DNA of 64,000 nucleotides from NCBI GenBank assembly GCA_045613505.1, contig JAZLBC010000031.1:36038-100037 (forward strand). The letters are read 5' to 3'. The notes under the pieces were generated by a model, which worked only from the letters and a program-made list of their open reading frames with translations, did no database searches and was not told the origin of the DNA. Shown here in pieces: positions 38,858 through 47,657 of the stretch. The DNA is from Christensenellaceae bacterium. Lineage in GTDB: Bacteria > Bacillota > Clostridia > Christensenellales > Borkfalkiaceae. The stretch's first letter is position 1, and every line of letters begins with the position of its first letter. Both the position numbers and the translations under genes were made by a program.

Positions 38858-40129
38858 TTATTTTATAGTGTTTCTGCCGATTGATGCAAAAATTTCTATC
38901 CTTTCTTTTAGGCAAGGCGTTTCTTTTACGGTTTTAGTAGAAAACATACCGCAGTCTTCGCCCTTGTTTTGAACAACGTTTTCGTGCCCGATAAGTGCCC
39001 AAGTAGAAGATATTAGATGTGAAAATTCTGGAAGCGCAAGTGATGCGCACGCAAATTTTTGGCGCGGTGAATTTATATCTTCACCACTAATTTCGAAAAA
39101 GCCGTGTTCTTTGCAAAGCGCTTTAACCCTTTCTAGTTGCTTTAAGGTGTTTCTGGTTGGCATATACGCGATTGCTTGGTATCCTGCTTTTTTAAGTTCT
39201 ATCATAAGTTCGTCTAAAAAATCGTCTTCAAACTTTTGCGCTTTTTTATCGCCCGTAACCGAATCGCCCACGTCCCCTAAATAAGCGTATGCAGGGATTG
39301 CGCCCATTTTTTTAGCCATACTAATAAACTCTAACGCGTCTGGCATTTCTTCGTCTGCATTTATATAAAAGAACGCCGTGTCGGCTTTAAGCACGCCCAA
39401 AAGGTCGTATAAAAAGTGTGGATTTTCTTTGTCAAGTAAATATGACGAAATTTTTTCAGAAACTTTTAAATTTAGGTCGTTTTGTAAAAATTCGATAAGC
39501 GCATCAGTTCTGCCAAACCTATCGCCTAGTTTTTTAGCAAGCGCGAAAAGAAGGTGCCTTTCGGTAACGCTACCGCCCTCGCTAGAACAAGATAGCGGAA
39601 GAACGTCTTTATCAAAATCTAATTCTAGCCCGAACTTGCCGTATTTTTCAGAAATCTTTCGGCACATTTTAGCGTTTCTTTCGTTTCGTTTTTTACGATA
39701 GAAATCAAGGTACGCGTTAAACTCGTCTACGTTTTTTAGTGGAACGCCGTGCGCCGCCATATAAACACAATTCGCTTGGTCTGGGTGGTTGATTTTGCCA
39801 AAACCTTTATCAAACTTTACCCTAACTTCTACGCCTACGGTAGAGCCAAGCCCTAAAATTTCGCAAGCAGACTTAAACTCTTTTGCACCGGAGAGTGAAT
39901 CGTGGTCCATTATACCTGCGCTGGTTAGCCCCGCCCTATACGCCATATACGCTGCTTTGGTTGGCGTGTATGGTGAAAAAGAATAAACGGTGTGGATATG
40001 GTTGTTTGCATCGTTTTCTCTTTTTATAGGTTTTTCTTCTAGTTTAACGAGTTCTCTTAAAGCAGATAACCTTACTTCTACGTTTTTATCGTTTAAGTTT
40101 TCGATTAGATTTTTTATCGTTTTTTCCAT
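38858..40129 (-). CDS. PHP-domain metal-dependent phosphoesterase with an N-terminal HEAT-like segment
   Basis: PHP motifs NNHIHTVYSFSPY and AGIMDHDS. The N-terminal VEVRLSALRELVKLEE looks HEAT-like. Confidence 0.6.
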   Translation of the reverse strand: MEKTIKNLIENLNDKNVEVRLSALRELVKLEEKPIKRENDANNHIHTVYSFSPYTPTKAAYMAYRAGLTSAGIMDHDSLSGAKEFKSACEILGLGSTVGVEVRVKFDKGFGKINHPDQANCVYMAAHGVPLKNVDEFNAYLDFYRKKRNERNAKMCRKISEKYGKFGLELDFDKDVLPLSCSSEGGSVTERHLLFALAKKLGDRFGRTDALIEFLQNDLNLKVSEKISSYLLDKENPHFLYDLLGVLKADTAFFYINADEEMPDALEFISMAKKMGAIPAYAYLGDVGDSVTGDKKAQKFEDDFLDELMIELKKAGYQAIAYMPTRNTLKQLERVKALCKEHGFFEISGEDINSPRQKFACASLALPEFSHLISSTWALIGHENVVQNKGEDCGMFSTKTVKETPCLKERIEIFASIGRNTIK

Positions 40130-40187
40130 AGCGATTTAATTATACAACTTTTACGCTTTGTAGTCAAACTATTTTTTCTTTTAAAAA

Positions 40188-40222
40188 GCAAAAATCAGTC
40201 CGTTTTTCGAACTGATTTTTTT
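40188..40222 (-). terminator. Rho-independent terminator after the ferritin-like gene
   Basis: aaaatcagt-11-nt loop-actgatttt, with T/A runs on both sides. Confidence 0.55.
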
Positions 40223-40230
40223 GTTTTTTC

Positions 40231-41478
40231 TTATTTGCCTTTTACTCTGCCTAGCGTTACGTTATCCGTTTTTCTATCTCTTAAAGTTTTTTCTACGCTA
40301 GGGGCTTTTTCGAATCTATAATCTTCGCCGTGCTTTTTAATATATTTATCAATAACAAGGTGCGACGCCACCGTGTTTTCGTTGCCGTTAACTGTTTTTT
40401 GATATTTAAAAAAGTCTGCCGTATTAGGAATTTTGTTTATATCAAAAAGGTCTTCTTTAACGGCAGTTAGTCGAACACTCTTCATTATATCCCTAACGTA
40501 ATCTATATTAGATTGTAGTTTAATAAGAGTTGGGAAATCCGAACCCGTAACGAAAAGTTGTTCCCAATTTCTACCTTCGTATTTATAAAGGATATCACTT
40601 GCTATTCTTAAATGCGTTAGTTCTTGCTCGTAATGTTCTAGCCAAATATCTTTAATGCGCTCGTCGCTTTCTTCCATATAGCACGAATAATATAGGTAGC
40701 ACTCTATATATTCGTGCAATACCCAACGTTCTAGCATAGTGCAAGACGGGTCTATTAAAGAACCGTAGCCCGTAACGTGTTGTTCTTCTATCATAGCAAT
40801 TTCGGAATATAGTTTTCTGCCGATATCGCTAGTATAAAAAGAGCCTACGTTCATATAATAGTTCATCGTTTGTTGCTCTGCCGCGGTTATAATGTTTACG
40901 TGCAGTCTTGTTATCAAAGAATCTTGCCAGTCGTTAATATATCTTCTTATATCGTCGTTGGGGTGGCGATGTTCGGATATAGTTGGTCTTCCTGGGGTAA
41001 TTTCGGTGTATTTGCCAACCAAGGTTTCGCCTTTTATTCCGTGCTCGTTTAATAGTAAGTCGGAATACCTATAAAGGTGATCAAAGTCTTCTAACAAGGC
41101 AAAGTCTAGTTGCGATTTTACAAACAGGTTTGGCTCGTTTTGAGCGATATTTGCAGTTAAATCTACGGCTAGTTGCTCGTAGGCAATAGTGGTTTCTAAA
41201 ATGCTCTCGTTTATAGGTTTAAGTGCCGAAATACGCTTTTGTTGTTGCTGTTCTTGGCGTCTTACTTCGGCTACGACTCTGCGAATTTCGTTGTTTAGGC
41301 AAGACCTATTTAGGTTATGCAGAAACCAGTTGGCTTCAAATTCCGTGCCGTTCATTAAAATAATGCGCGTTTTTGTGTAAGGCGAAGTGGCGTTTTTGTC
41401 GTAAGATTTAGGCGCTAGCCATTTCCAGTTTTTTAGTTCTACTTTCTTTTTTGGGTTAATCTCTTTAAAAGGGTTCAT
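40231..41478 (-). CDS. Ferritin-like di-iron-carboxylate protein, function unknown
   Basis: I place the start at MNPFKEINP (ATG 41478, GGAGG RBS). E / ExxH / E / ExxH ligand pattern: IAYEQLA, LEDFDHLYRY, AAEQQT, IEEQHVTGY. Confidence 0.6.
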   Translation of the reverse strand: MNPFKEINPKKKVELKNWKWLAPKSYDKNATSPYTKTRIILMNGTEFEANWFLHNLNRSCLNNEIRRVVAEVRRQEQQQQKRISALKPINESILETTIAYEQLAVDLTANIAQNEPNLFVKSQLDFALLEDFDHLYRYSDLLLNEHGIKGETLVGKYTEITPGRPTISEHRHPNDDIRRYINDWQDSLITRLHVNIITAAEQQTMNYYMNVGSFYTSDIGRKLYSEIAMIEEQHVTGYGSLIDPSCTMLERWVLHEYIECYLYYSCYMEESDERIKDIWLEHYEQELTHLRIASDILYKYEGRNWEQLFVTGSDFPTLIKLQSNIDYVRDIMKSVRLTAVKEDLFDINKIPNTADFFKYQKTVNGNENTVASHLVIDKYIKKHGEDYRFEKAPSVEKTLRDRKTDNVTLGRVKGK

Positions 41479-41532
41479 AAATTTTCCTCCTGTTTTTAAG
41501 AAGATTATTGCCAACTGAAAAATTTTATATAC

Positions 41533-41564
41533 AAAAACGCTAGCCGTTTTTCGACTAGCGTTTT
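41533..41564 (-). terminator. Rho-independent terminator after the ygjV-maf fusion gene
   Basis: aacgctag-11-nt loop-ctagcgtt followed by uuug on the minus strand. Confidence 0.55.
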
Positions 41565-41582
41565 ATTTACTTCGTGTTTAGT

Positions 41583-42746
41583 TTATTTTTCGTTTAGTTT
41601 TTCTAGTATTTTATCTTTTATTAGTTCAATCGGAAGCCCTATAACGTTGTTTTTACTGCCGACAAACTCTTTTACTAAATCGTAGCCGTCTTGAATACCG
41701 TAACTTCCCGCTTTATCTAACGGCTTGCCCGATTTAACGTAAGCAAGAATAAGTTCTTCCGTTAGGTCGTTAAAGGTTACTTGGCTTTCTATAAAGCCGT
41801 TTACTTCGCCCGAACTGCTTATTATAGAATAGCCCGTTATTACAGAGTGTGTTTTGTTTGAAAGCGATTTTAAGGTTAGAACTGCGTCTTGCTCGTTTTT
41901 GGGTTTGCCTAAAATATTACCTTCTAAAACCACTATGGTGTCTGCGCCAAGCACTACTGCGCGCGCTTTGTCTTTAAGGCTGTTAAAAACGCTTTTTGCT
42001 TTACTGCTAGCGAAGTTTACGGCAAGGTCTTTTGGGGATAAATTAGCGCTTAAAGTTTCTTCGTAGTCGCTAACGATAACCGAAAAGTTAAAGCCAAAAC
42101 TTTTTAGCAATTCTTTTCTTCTTGGAGAGGCGCTTGCAAGTATTAGTTCTTTCGGGGCTTTTATTAGTTCGTTTTTATTTTCTTTAAGTAATTTATAAAG
42201 CGCGTACCCTATGGCGAAAATATTTAACGTATCCGACACAACGCCGACGTAAGAGCCTGCAAACACGCCGTATACCACCCACATAGGCGACCCGATTATC
42301 GATAAAATTAGTATAGTTTTTTTAGAAGAACAGAAATTCCCTACCGTTAATATAACCGTTCCTACGATAGAAATAATATCGTACCAGTTGTTAAAAGTTA
42401 AAATGCAGAAAGTTAATATTATTGCTAAAAAAACGTATAGCCACGCGTGGCTATTTGCCCATTTATGCTTTTCTTTTTGGCTAAACACTAAATTACGTAT
42501 AACGTTAAAAAAGTTCATAGCCATACCGATAAACGCGCCAAGCATTAAAAAATATAGCACCCAAAACGCACTGCAAACGCTTTGCACGATTAAAAGTTTG
42601 GTTCTCCCCTTGCATTGATAGGCTATTATTGCTAAAACTACGGCAACGATACCCACGCCGTAGGTTATGAAAACGTATGATGCGCCAAGCAACGCTTTTA
42701 AGGAATTTGCAACGCCGTTTAGGGCGTTTATAGAAAATTCTAGCAT
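41583..42746 (-). CDS. Fusion protein: N-terminal YgjV-like membrane domain plus C-terminal Maf nucleoside-triphosphate pyrophosphatase
   Basis: Residues about 1-190 contain several TM helices with YgjV-like features (QCKGRTKLLIVQSVCSAFWVLYFLMLGA). The C-terminal half carries the Maf motifs LILASASPRRKELL, VLGADTIV and AGSYGIQD. Confidence 0.7.
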   Translation of the reverse strand: MLEFSINALNGVANSLKALLGASYVFITYGVGIVAVVLAIIAYQCKGRTKLLIVQSVCSAFWVLYFLMLGAFIGMAMNFFNVIRNLVFSQKEKHKWANSHAWLYVFLAIILTFCILTFNNWYDIISIVGTVILTVGNFCSSKKTILILSIIGSPMWVVYGVFAGSYVGVVSDTLNIFAIGYALYKLLKENKNELIKAPKELILASASPRRKELLKSFGFNFSVIVSDYEETLSANLSPKDLAVNFASSKAKSVFNSLKDKARAVVLGADTIVVLEGNILGKPKNEQDAVLTLKSLSNKTHSVITGYSIISSSGEVNGFIESQVTFNDLTEELILAYVKSGKPLDKAGSYGIQDGYDLVKEFVGSKNNVIGLPIELIKDKILEKLNEK

Positions 42747-42823
42747 TTATCTCTCTCTTCGGTTTTTTTTAATTTTAACATAGTTTCGTGTGCTTTGCAA
42801 ACGTTTAACGTCTTTTTTAGCCT

Positions 42824-43141
42824 TTACCTTTTTATATCGAAAATATCGGCAAAGGGTATCACCGTTTTTATTATGGTAATCTTTCTAAAAGTATAGTCTA
42901 TATTGCTAACCACTCCCGTGAAATCTATATACGCGCCGTTATGATAATATTTTACCGTTATTATATCGCCCTTGTTTACCGCCGTTATTTGCCTAGATAA
43001 AAATTCGGCTTGCTCTTCAGAGAGTTCTTTGCGTTCTTCTAGCGTTTTTTTATTCGCGCTAATCAGATTGTCATAGCCGTCTAGTGGCGAAAAAGGCATA
43101 AATTGCCTTGCCCTATCTAGCCTACTCATCTTCTCCCGCAT
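42824..43141 (-). CDS. YolD-like protein (accessory to the Y-family polymerase)
   Basis: 105 aa. FMPFSPLDGY motif. Overlaps the upstream polymerase gene by 20 nt, as in the Bacillus uvrX-yolD and yqjW-yqzH pairs. Confidence 0.7.
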   Translation of the reverse strand: MREKMSRLDRARQFMPFSPLDGYDNLISANKKTLEERKELSEEQAEFLSRQITAVNKGDIITVKYYHNGAYIDFTGVVSNIDYTFRKITIIKTVIPFADIFDIKR

Positions 43142-44390
43142 TGTGCCCTCCTATCATTTTACTTCTTTCTCTTTGCGTGGCTTTATCAAGATAACTAACG
43201 CCTTTAAGCAGAGCGTTTTTGCCGTATTTTTTTTGCACGCTAACCGTGGTTTCTAAAAGCGCGTGTTCTTTATCTAAACTCTCTACGTCGGTAAACATAT
43301 CAAAGGTCGAGTACTCTGGTTGCCTTACACCGCCAAACGCTACGTTTATTCTTCTAATTTTCTTCGTTGTATCTACTATACTATAAAAAAGTTCTGTAAA
43401 CCTTTGTGATAGCACGTTAAAAGACGCCGTTTCCTGTCCCAAACGCCTAGAAACACTATCAATCCCGACCGTTCTGTCTGCATAGCCGATTGCAAGGGAT
43501 ATAGAACTAGTTACCGTTTTGGTTTTAACAAGTTTTAAGGTTAGGTTAAAAACCATTTCTTTAAGCACTATTTCTGCGTCTTTAACTTCGTAATCGGAAA
43601 ACAATACCTGCCCCGATGATATAGAACAATTTTTGGTTCTATACTCTTTTATATCTTTGATAGTGCAACTCTCTTTTCCCCAAGCGTGGTCGATTAAAAA
43701 CTCTGCGTTAACACCAAACTCTTTATACAAAACTTCTTCGGGCATTTGCGCAACGCCTTGCATGGTGGTTACCCCGTACCTTAAAAGGCGTTTAACAGTG
43801 CCGTTTCCAACGTTCCAAAAGTCCGTTAGGGGCTTATGTTTCCACAGCGTTTTTTTGTATAATTCTTCGTCTAGATAACCTATAAAATCAGGCGAGTGCT
43901 TTGCCGTTATATCAAGTGCGATTTTGGCAAGATACATATTCGTGCCTATACCAACGGTTGCGCATATGCCCGTTTCTTGCATAACTGCGTTCGTTAGCGT
44001 TTTAGCAAGCGTTATAGCATCAGTGTTATATAACTTTATATAGTCGGTAAGGTCTATAAAACACTCGTCTATCGAATAAACGTGCATATCATCAGGACTA
44101 ACGTATCTAAGATAAATTGCATTTATTTCTGCCGACTTTTGCATATAAAGTTTCATTTTGGGCTTTGCCATTATATACTTTATATTTTTAGGAATTTCAA
44201 ATAGCCTACACCTATTAGAAACGCCCAGTTTCTTCATTGCGGGCGTAACGGCAAGACAAATAGTGCCCTTTCCCCTTTCCGGGTCGGCAACCACTAGATT
44301 AGTAGTAAACGGGTCTAGCCCCCTTTCTGCACACTCGCAAGACGCGAAAAAACTTTTTAAGTCTATAACCGCGTAAATTCTTTGTTCCAT
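43122..44390 (-). CDS. Y-family (UmuC/ImpB/UvrX-like) translesion DNA polymerase
   Basis: IYAVIDLKSFFASCECAERGLDP and YSIDECFIDLT catalytic motifs. Confidence 0.9.
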   Translation of the reverse strand: MEQRIYAVIDLKSFFASCECAERGLDPFTTNLVVADPERGKGTICLAVTPAMKKLGVSNRCRLFEIPKNIKYIMAKPKMKLYMQKSAEINAIYLRYVSPDDMHVYSIDECFIDLTDYIKLYNTDAITLAKTLTNAVMQETGICATVGIGTNMYLAKIALDITAKHSPDFIGYLDEELYKKTLWKHKPLTDFWNVGNGTVKRLLRYGVTTMQGVAQMPEEVLYKEFGVNAEFLIDHAWGKESCTIKDIKEYRTKNCSISSGQVLFSDYEVKDAEIVLKEMVFNLTLKLVKTKTVTSSISLAIGYADRTVGIDSVSRRLGQETASFNVLSQRFTELFYSIVDTTKKIRRINVAFGGVRQPEYSTFDMFTDVESLDKEHALLETTVSVQKKYGKNALLKGVSYLDKATQRERSKMIGGHNAGEDE

Positions 44391-44467
44391 TACTACCCCT
44401 TTGCCTTTATATACTTTTAGCCTTATTATTGCCCACGCTACAACTTAAATACATTATAACACAATTA

Positions 44468-44481
44468 TAAACATTTGTTTA
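44468..44481. promoter_or_regulatory. Possible degenerate LexA (Cheo-box-like) operator overlapping the polymerase promoter
   Basis: TAAAC-attt-GTTTA has perfect 5-nt inverted arms with 4-nt spacing (Firmicute consensus CGAAC-N4-GTTCG). It overlaps the -35/spacer of a minus-strand TGtTATAAT extended -10 (plus-strand attata 44453-44458). Confidence 0.3.
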
Positions 44482-44560
44482 GCATTTTTTAAAAGTTTTT
44501 GAAAAAATTTTTTATAATCAGGTTAATAGTGCGATTTTTCTTTAAGTTTTGAAAAAATAA

Positions 44561-44569
44561 TGGTATAAT
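44561..44569 (+). promoter_or_regulatory. Extended -10 element (TGgTATAAT) immediately upstream of trmO
   Basis: TATAAT at 44564-44569. The ATG at 44576 lies 6 nt downstream. No SD. Confidence 0.4.
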
Positions 44570-44575
44570 ATGGTT

Positions 44576-45250
44576 ATGGAAAAGATTATTAAGCCTATAG
44601 GAATAATAGAGAACGATTTTAGTGAAAAGTTTGGTTTGCCTAGGCAGGCGCTTAAAGCACCGTCTTTGATATCTAAAATTACTTTTTTACCTGAATACGC
44701 AGTTGATAGCGCGTTTCGCGCGTTAGAAGGTTTTTCGCATATATGGGTGCTATTCGATTTTTCGCTAGCAAATAATACAAAGTTTAGCCCTACGGTGCGC
44801 CCACCAAGGCTTGGCGGTAACAAAAGAGTTGGGGTGTTTGCATCGCGCTCTCCGTTTAGGCCTAACGGGATAGGGCTATCTCTTGTTAAACTTGTTAAGA
44901 TAGAACGAGATAGTGAAAACAAGGTTAGTTTGATAGTTAGTGGCGCTGATATCGTTAGCGGAACGCCCGTTTACGATATTAAACCTTACGTAAAGCACGC
45001 TGATTGCGTTATAGACGCTGTTTCAGGTTATGCAGACGAAGTGGTTGACTATAAAATCAAGGTGGAATTTACCGGCGATTTACTATCTAAAATTCCCCAA
45101 GAAAAACGTTCTGCACTAATAGAGTGTTTAGAAAACGACCCAAGGCCTTCTTATCAAGAAGACGATAGAGAATACGGCATGTCTTACGCTGGGCTAAATA
45201 TTAAATTTAAGGTTAGTGGCAACACGCTTACCGTTTTTGATATAGAGTAA
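44576..45250 (+). CDS. trmO: tRNA (t6A37-N6)-methyltransferase TrmO (YaeB/TsaA family)
   Basis: PIGIIENDFSEKFGLPRQ, FSHIWVLFDF and GVFASRSPFRPNGIGLS. I prefer the start at 44576 (MEKIIKPIG). The track's ATG at 44570 directly abuts the -10 box. Confidence 0.85.
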   Translation: MEKIIKPIGIIENDFSEKFGLPRQALKAPSLISKITFLPEYAVDSAFRALEGFSHIWVLFDFSLANNTKFSPTVRPPRLGGNKRVGVFASRSPFRPNGIGLSLVKLVKIERDSENKVSLIVSGADIVSGTPVYDIKPYVKHADCVIDAVSGYADEVVDYKIKVEFTGDLLSKIPQEKRSALIECLENDPRPSYQEDDREYGMSYAGLNIKFKVSGNTLTVFDIE

Positions 45251-45271
45251 AAATTAAATCAGGTTAAAATT

Positions 45272-45307
45272 AAAAAAGATAGCATTTTTTGCTATCTTTT
45301 TTTTGTT
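45272..45307. terminator. Bidirectional rho-independent terminator
   Basis: aaaagatagc-atttttt-gctatctttt with flanking A/T runs, between convergent genes. Confidence 0.75.
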
Positions 45308-45314
45308 GTTTTTA

Positions 45315-47417
45315 TTAGTCTTTAACGCTATATAAAATGTCTTCGTAACTTGGGAACGGATAAAAATCTTTACCGATTATTAGTTCGATTTCATCAACGA
45401 AAGAACGAACGGCGTTCATATTCGTTAAAATTACGTCTCTACAATAAACGGCTTTATCGTAATTCGATTTAGAGGCGTCGTATGTTTTTAGGTTTGCATC
45501 TAACTCGTCGATTGCGAGATATAGGTCGCCAGATAATCTAGAAATTTTTTCGATTAGGTTTTCTTCTAGCCTACAATCGAACGAAGAAGAAAGTTTTTTC
45601 TTTTCTTTTAGTTCTTTAAGTAGGAAAGATTGATACTTAATTATTGCAGGAACGATTTCTTTTCTAGCCATGTCTAAGGCAGTTATACCTTCTATATGAA
45701 CGATATTAGAATAGTTTTCAAGTAAGATTTCTGTTCTTGATAAAATTTCGTTTTTAGAGAGTATTTTTAGGCTTTCGAATAATTCTACGTTTTTATCACT
45801 AGCGTATAGTGGAAGCGCGTCTACCGTGGTTTTTAGGTTCAAAAGTCCCCTTCTTTCTGCTTCGATTTCCCATTCTTTAGAGTAGTTGTTGCCAGAGAAG
45901 ATTATGCGCTTATGGTTTTTAACGGTATCTCTAAGTAATTCGTCTAACGTTTTTTCGAAATCTTGCGCGTTTTCTAAAATATCGGCAAACTTTTTAAGTT
46001 CGCTTGCAACAATTGCGTTTATAATAAAGTTAGGGCAAGCAATATTGGTTGAAGAACCAACCATTCTAAATTCGAACTTATTACCAGTAAACGCGAACGG
46101 AGAAGTTCTGTTTCTATCCGTTGAGTCTTTTGGAATAGTAGGCAACACTTTTGCGCCCATTTTTAAGTTGGTTTTTTCTTTTTTAACGTAACTTTCGCCC
46201 TTTTCGATTGCTTTTAAAACGCCTTCGATTTCTTCGCCAAGATAAATAGAAATTATCGCAGGTGGGGCTTCTGATGCGCCAAGACGTAAGTCGTTGCCAG
46301 CAGACGCTACTGATATGCGTAGCAAATCTTGATGCTCGTCTACTGCTTTGATTACTGCTAACAAGAAAAGTAAAAATCTTGCGTTCTTTTCGGGGGTTTC
46401 ACCTGGTTCTAATAAGTTTTCGTTCGTGTCGGTTGAAATTGACCAGTTGTTGTGTTTGCCACTACCCGATACTGATGCGAAAGGCTTTTCTGAGAGTAGG
46501 CACACTAGCCCGTGCTTGCTTGCAACCTTTTTCATAATTTCCATCGTTAGTTGGTTTTGGTCGGTTGCGGTGTTTGCCGAAGTGTAAACGCACGCTAGTT
46601 CGTGTTGACCTGGCGCAACTTCGTTATGTTTGGTTTTTGCATAAACGCCCAAACGCCAAAGTTCTTCGTCTACTTCTTTCATAAATTCAGAAACGCGTGG
46701 TTTAATTGCGCCGTAGTAATGGTCTTCTAATTCTTGACCTTTAGCAGGGCGCGCACCGAAAAGCGTTCTTGAGCAATGGAGTAGGTCTAACCTTTTTTCG
46801 TAAACTGATTTATCGATTAAAAAATACTCTTGTTCTGCGCCAACGGTTGGGATTACTTTCTTCGCCTTGTCGTTGCCAAACAATCTTAAAATCCTGAGCG
46901 CTTGTTTATTAAACGCGTCCATAGAGCGAAGAAGCGGAGTTTTTTTATCAAGCGCTTCGCCACCGTAAGAACAAAAAGCCGTTGGGATATATAAACTATT
47001 ATCTTTTATAAATGCGAAAGACGTTGGGTCCCAAGCGGTATAGCCCCTTGCTTCGAAAGTGGCACGTAGCCCGCCAGACGGAAAACTAGAAGCATCTGAT
47101 TCGCCTTTAACAAGCGATTTAGCAGAAAACTTCATTATAACGTCGCCTTCGCCGTAAGGTTCGATAAAACTATCGTGTTTTTCTGCGGTAATCCCCGTCA
47201 TTGGTTGGAACCAGTGTGTAAAATGCGTTGCGCCGTTTTCGATTGCCCAGTCTTTCATTGCTTCGGCAACTTTAATAGCGTTTTCAGTGTTAAGTGGGCA
47301 CTCGCCGTTAATTGCGCATTCTACGGCAAGATACACGTCTTTAGGTAAACGCTCTTTCATAACTTTTTTATTAAACACTTTTGAACCAAAAATTTCGGGT
47401 ATTGAAGTTTTGCTCAT
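45315..47417 (-). CDS. glnN: Glutamine synthetase type III
   Basis: I place the start at MSKTSIPEIFGSKVF (ATG 47417, AGGAG RBS), giving 700 aa. Size and blocks (GAEQEYFLID, KHNEVAPGQHE, SGSGKHNNWS) fit GSIII rather than GSI. Confidence 0.88.
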   Translation of the reverse strand: MSKTSIPEIFGSKVFNKKVMKERLPKDVYLAVECAINGECPLNTENAIKVAEAMKDWAIENGATHFTHWFQPMTGITAEKHDSFIEPYGEGDVIMKFSAKSLVKGESDASSFPSGGLRATFEARGYTAWDPTSFAFIKDNSLYIPTAFCSYGGEALDKKTPLLRSMDAFNKQALRILRLFGNDKAKKVIPTVGAEQEYFLIDKSVYEKRLDLLHCSRTLFGARPAKGQELEDHYYGAIKPRVSEFMKEVDEELWRLGVYAKTKHNEVAPGQHELACVYTSANTATDQNQLTMEIMKKVASKHGLVCLLSEKPFASVSGSGKHNNWSISTDTNENLLEPGETPEKNARFLLFLLAVIKAVDEHQDLLRISVASAGNDLRLGASEAPPAIISIYLGEEIEGVLKAIEKGESYVKKEKTNLKMGAKVLPTIPKDSTDRNRTSPFAFTGNKFEFRMVGSSTNIACPNFIINAIVASELKKFADILENAQDFEKTLDELLRDTVKNHKRIIFSGNNYSKEWEIEAERRGLLNLKTTVDALPLYASDKNVELFESLKILSKNEILSRTEILLENYSNIVHIEGITALDMARKEIVPAIIKYQSFLLKELKEKKKLSSSFDCRLEENLIEKISRLSGDLYLAIDELDANLKTYDASKSNYDKAVYCRDVILTNMNAVRSFVDEIELIIGKDFYPFPSYEDILYSVKD

Positions 47418-47455
47418 AACTTCTCCTTTCGTTAGTTTATAAAAATACAAAATAA

Positions 47456-47484
47456 ATTTTAGCATTTATAATCGCGTTTGTCAA
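47456..47484 (-). promoter_or_regulatory. Putative promoter of the GS-III gene
   Basis: Minus strand reads TTGACA-17 nt-TAAAAT with a TGc extended -10. Confidence 0.55.
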
Positions 47485-47598
47485 TCTTATTCTTTTTAGT
47501 TTGAATATTTTTAATGGCGCATAAGGGGTTTTTTGCGAATTTTTAATAAATTTTTAATAATTTTTATTAAAAGCACAAAAAATTCCTGTTAAAAATTA

Positions 47599-47626
47599 TT
47601 GATAAACGACAAAAATGTGATACAAT
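47599..47626 (+). promoter_or_regulatory. Putative promoter of the guaA-like gene
   Basis: TTGATA-16 nt-TACAAT, about 30 nt upstream of the GGAG RBS and ATG 47658. Confidence 0.5.
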
Positions 47627-47657
47627 ATTATCGTAAAAAACTTTTGGAGAATTACTT

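Noticed and set aside
38820-38915. N-terminal extensions proposed by the track for the SDR (38915), the ferritin-like gene (41514), GS-III (47465), the LRR protein (GTG 26913) and CotH (TTG 58531)
   Set aside because: In each case an internal ATG is preceded by a good GGAG(G) RBS and gives the canonical family N-terminus or signal peptide. The extension overlaps the upstream gene or intergenic promoter sequence.
47466-47657. Purine/guanine riboswitch upstream of the guaA-like gene, or a GlnR/TnrA site for GS-III
   Set aside because: The predicted guaA leader is about 30 nt. No three-way-junction aptamer sequence and no TGTNA-N7-TNACA palindrome can be read in the spacer.
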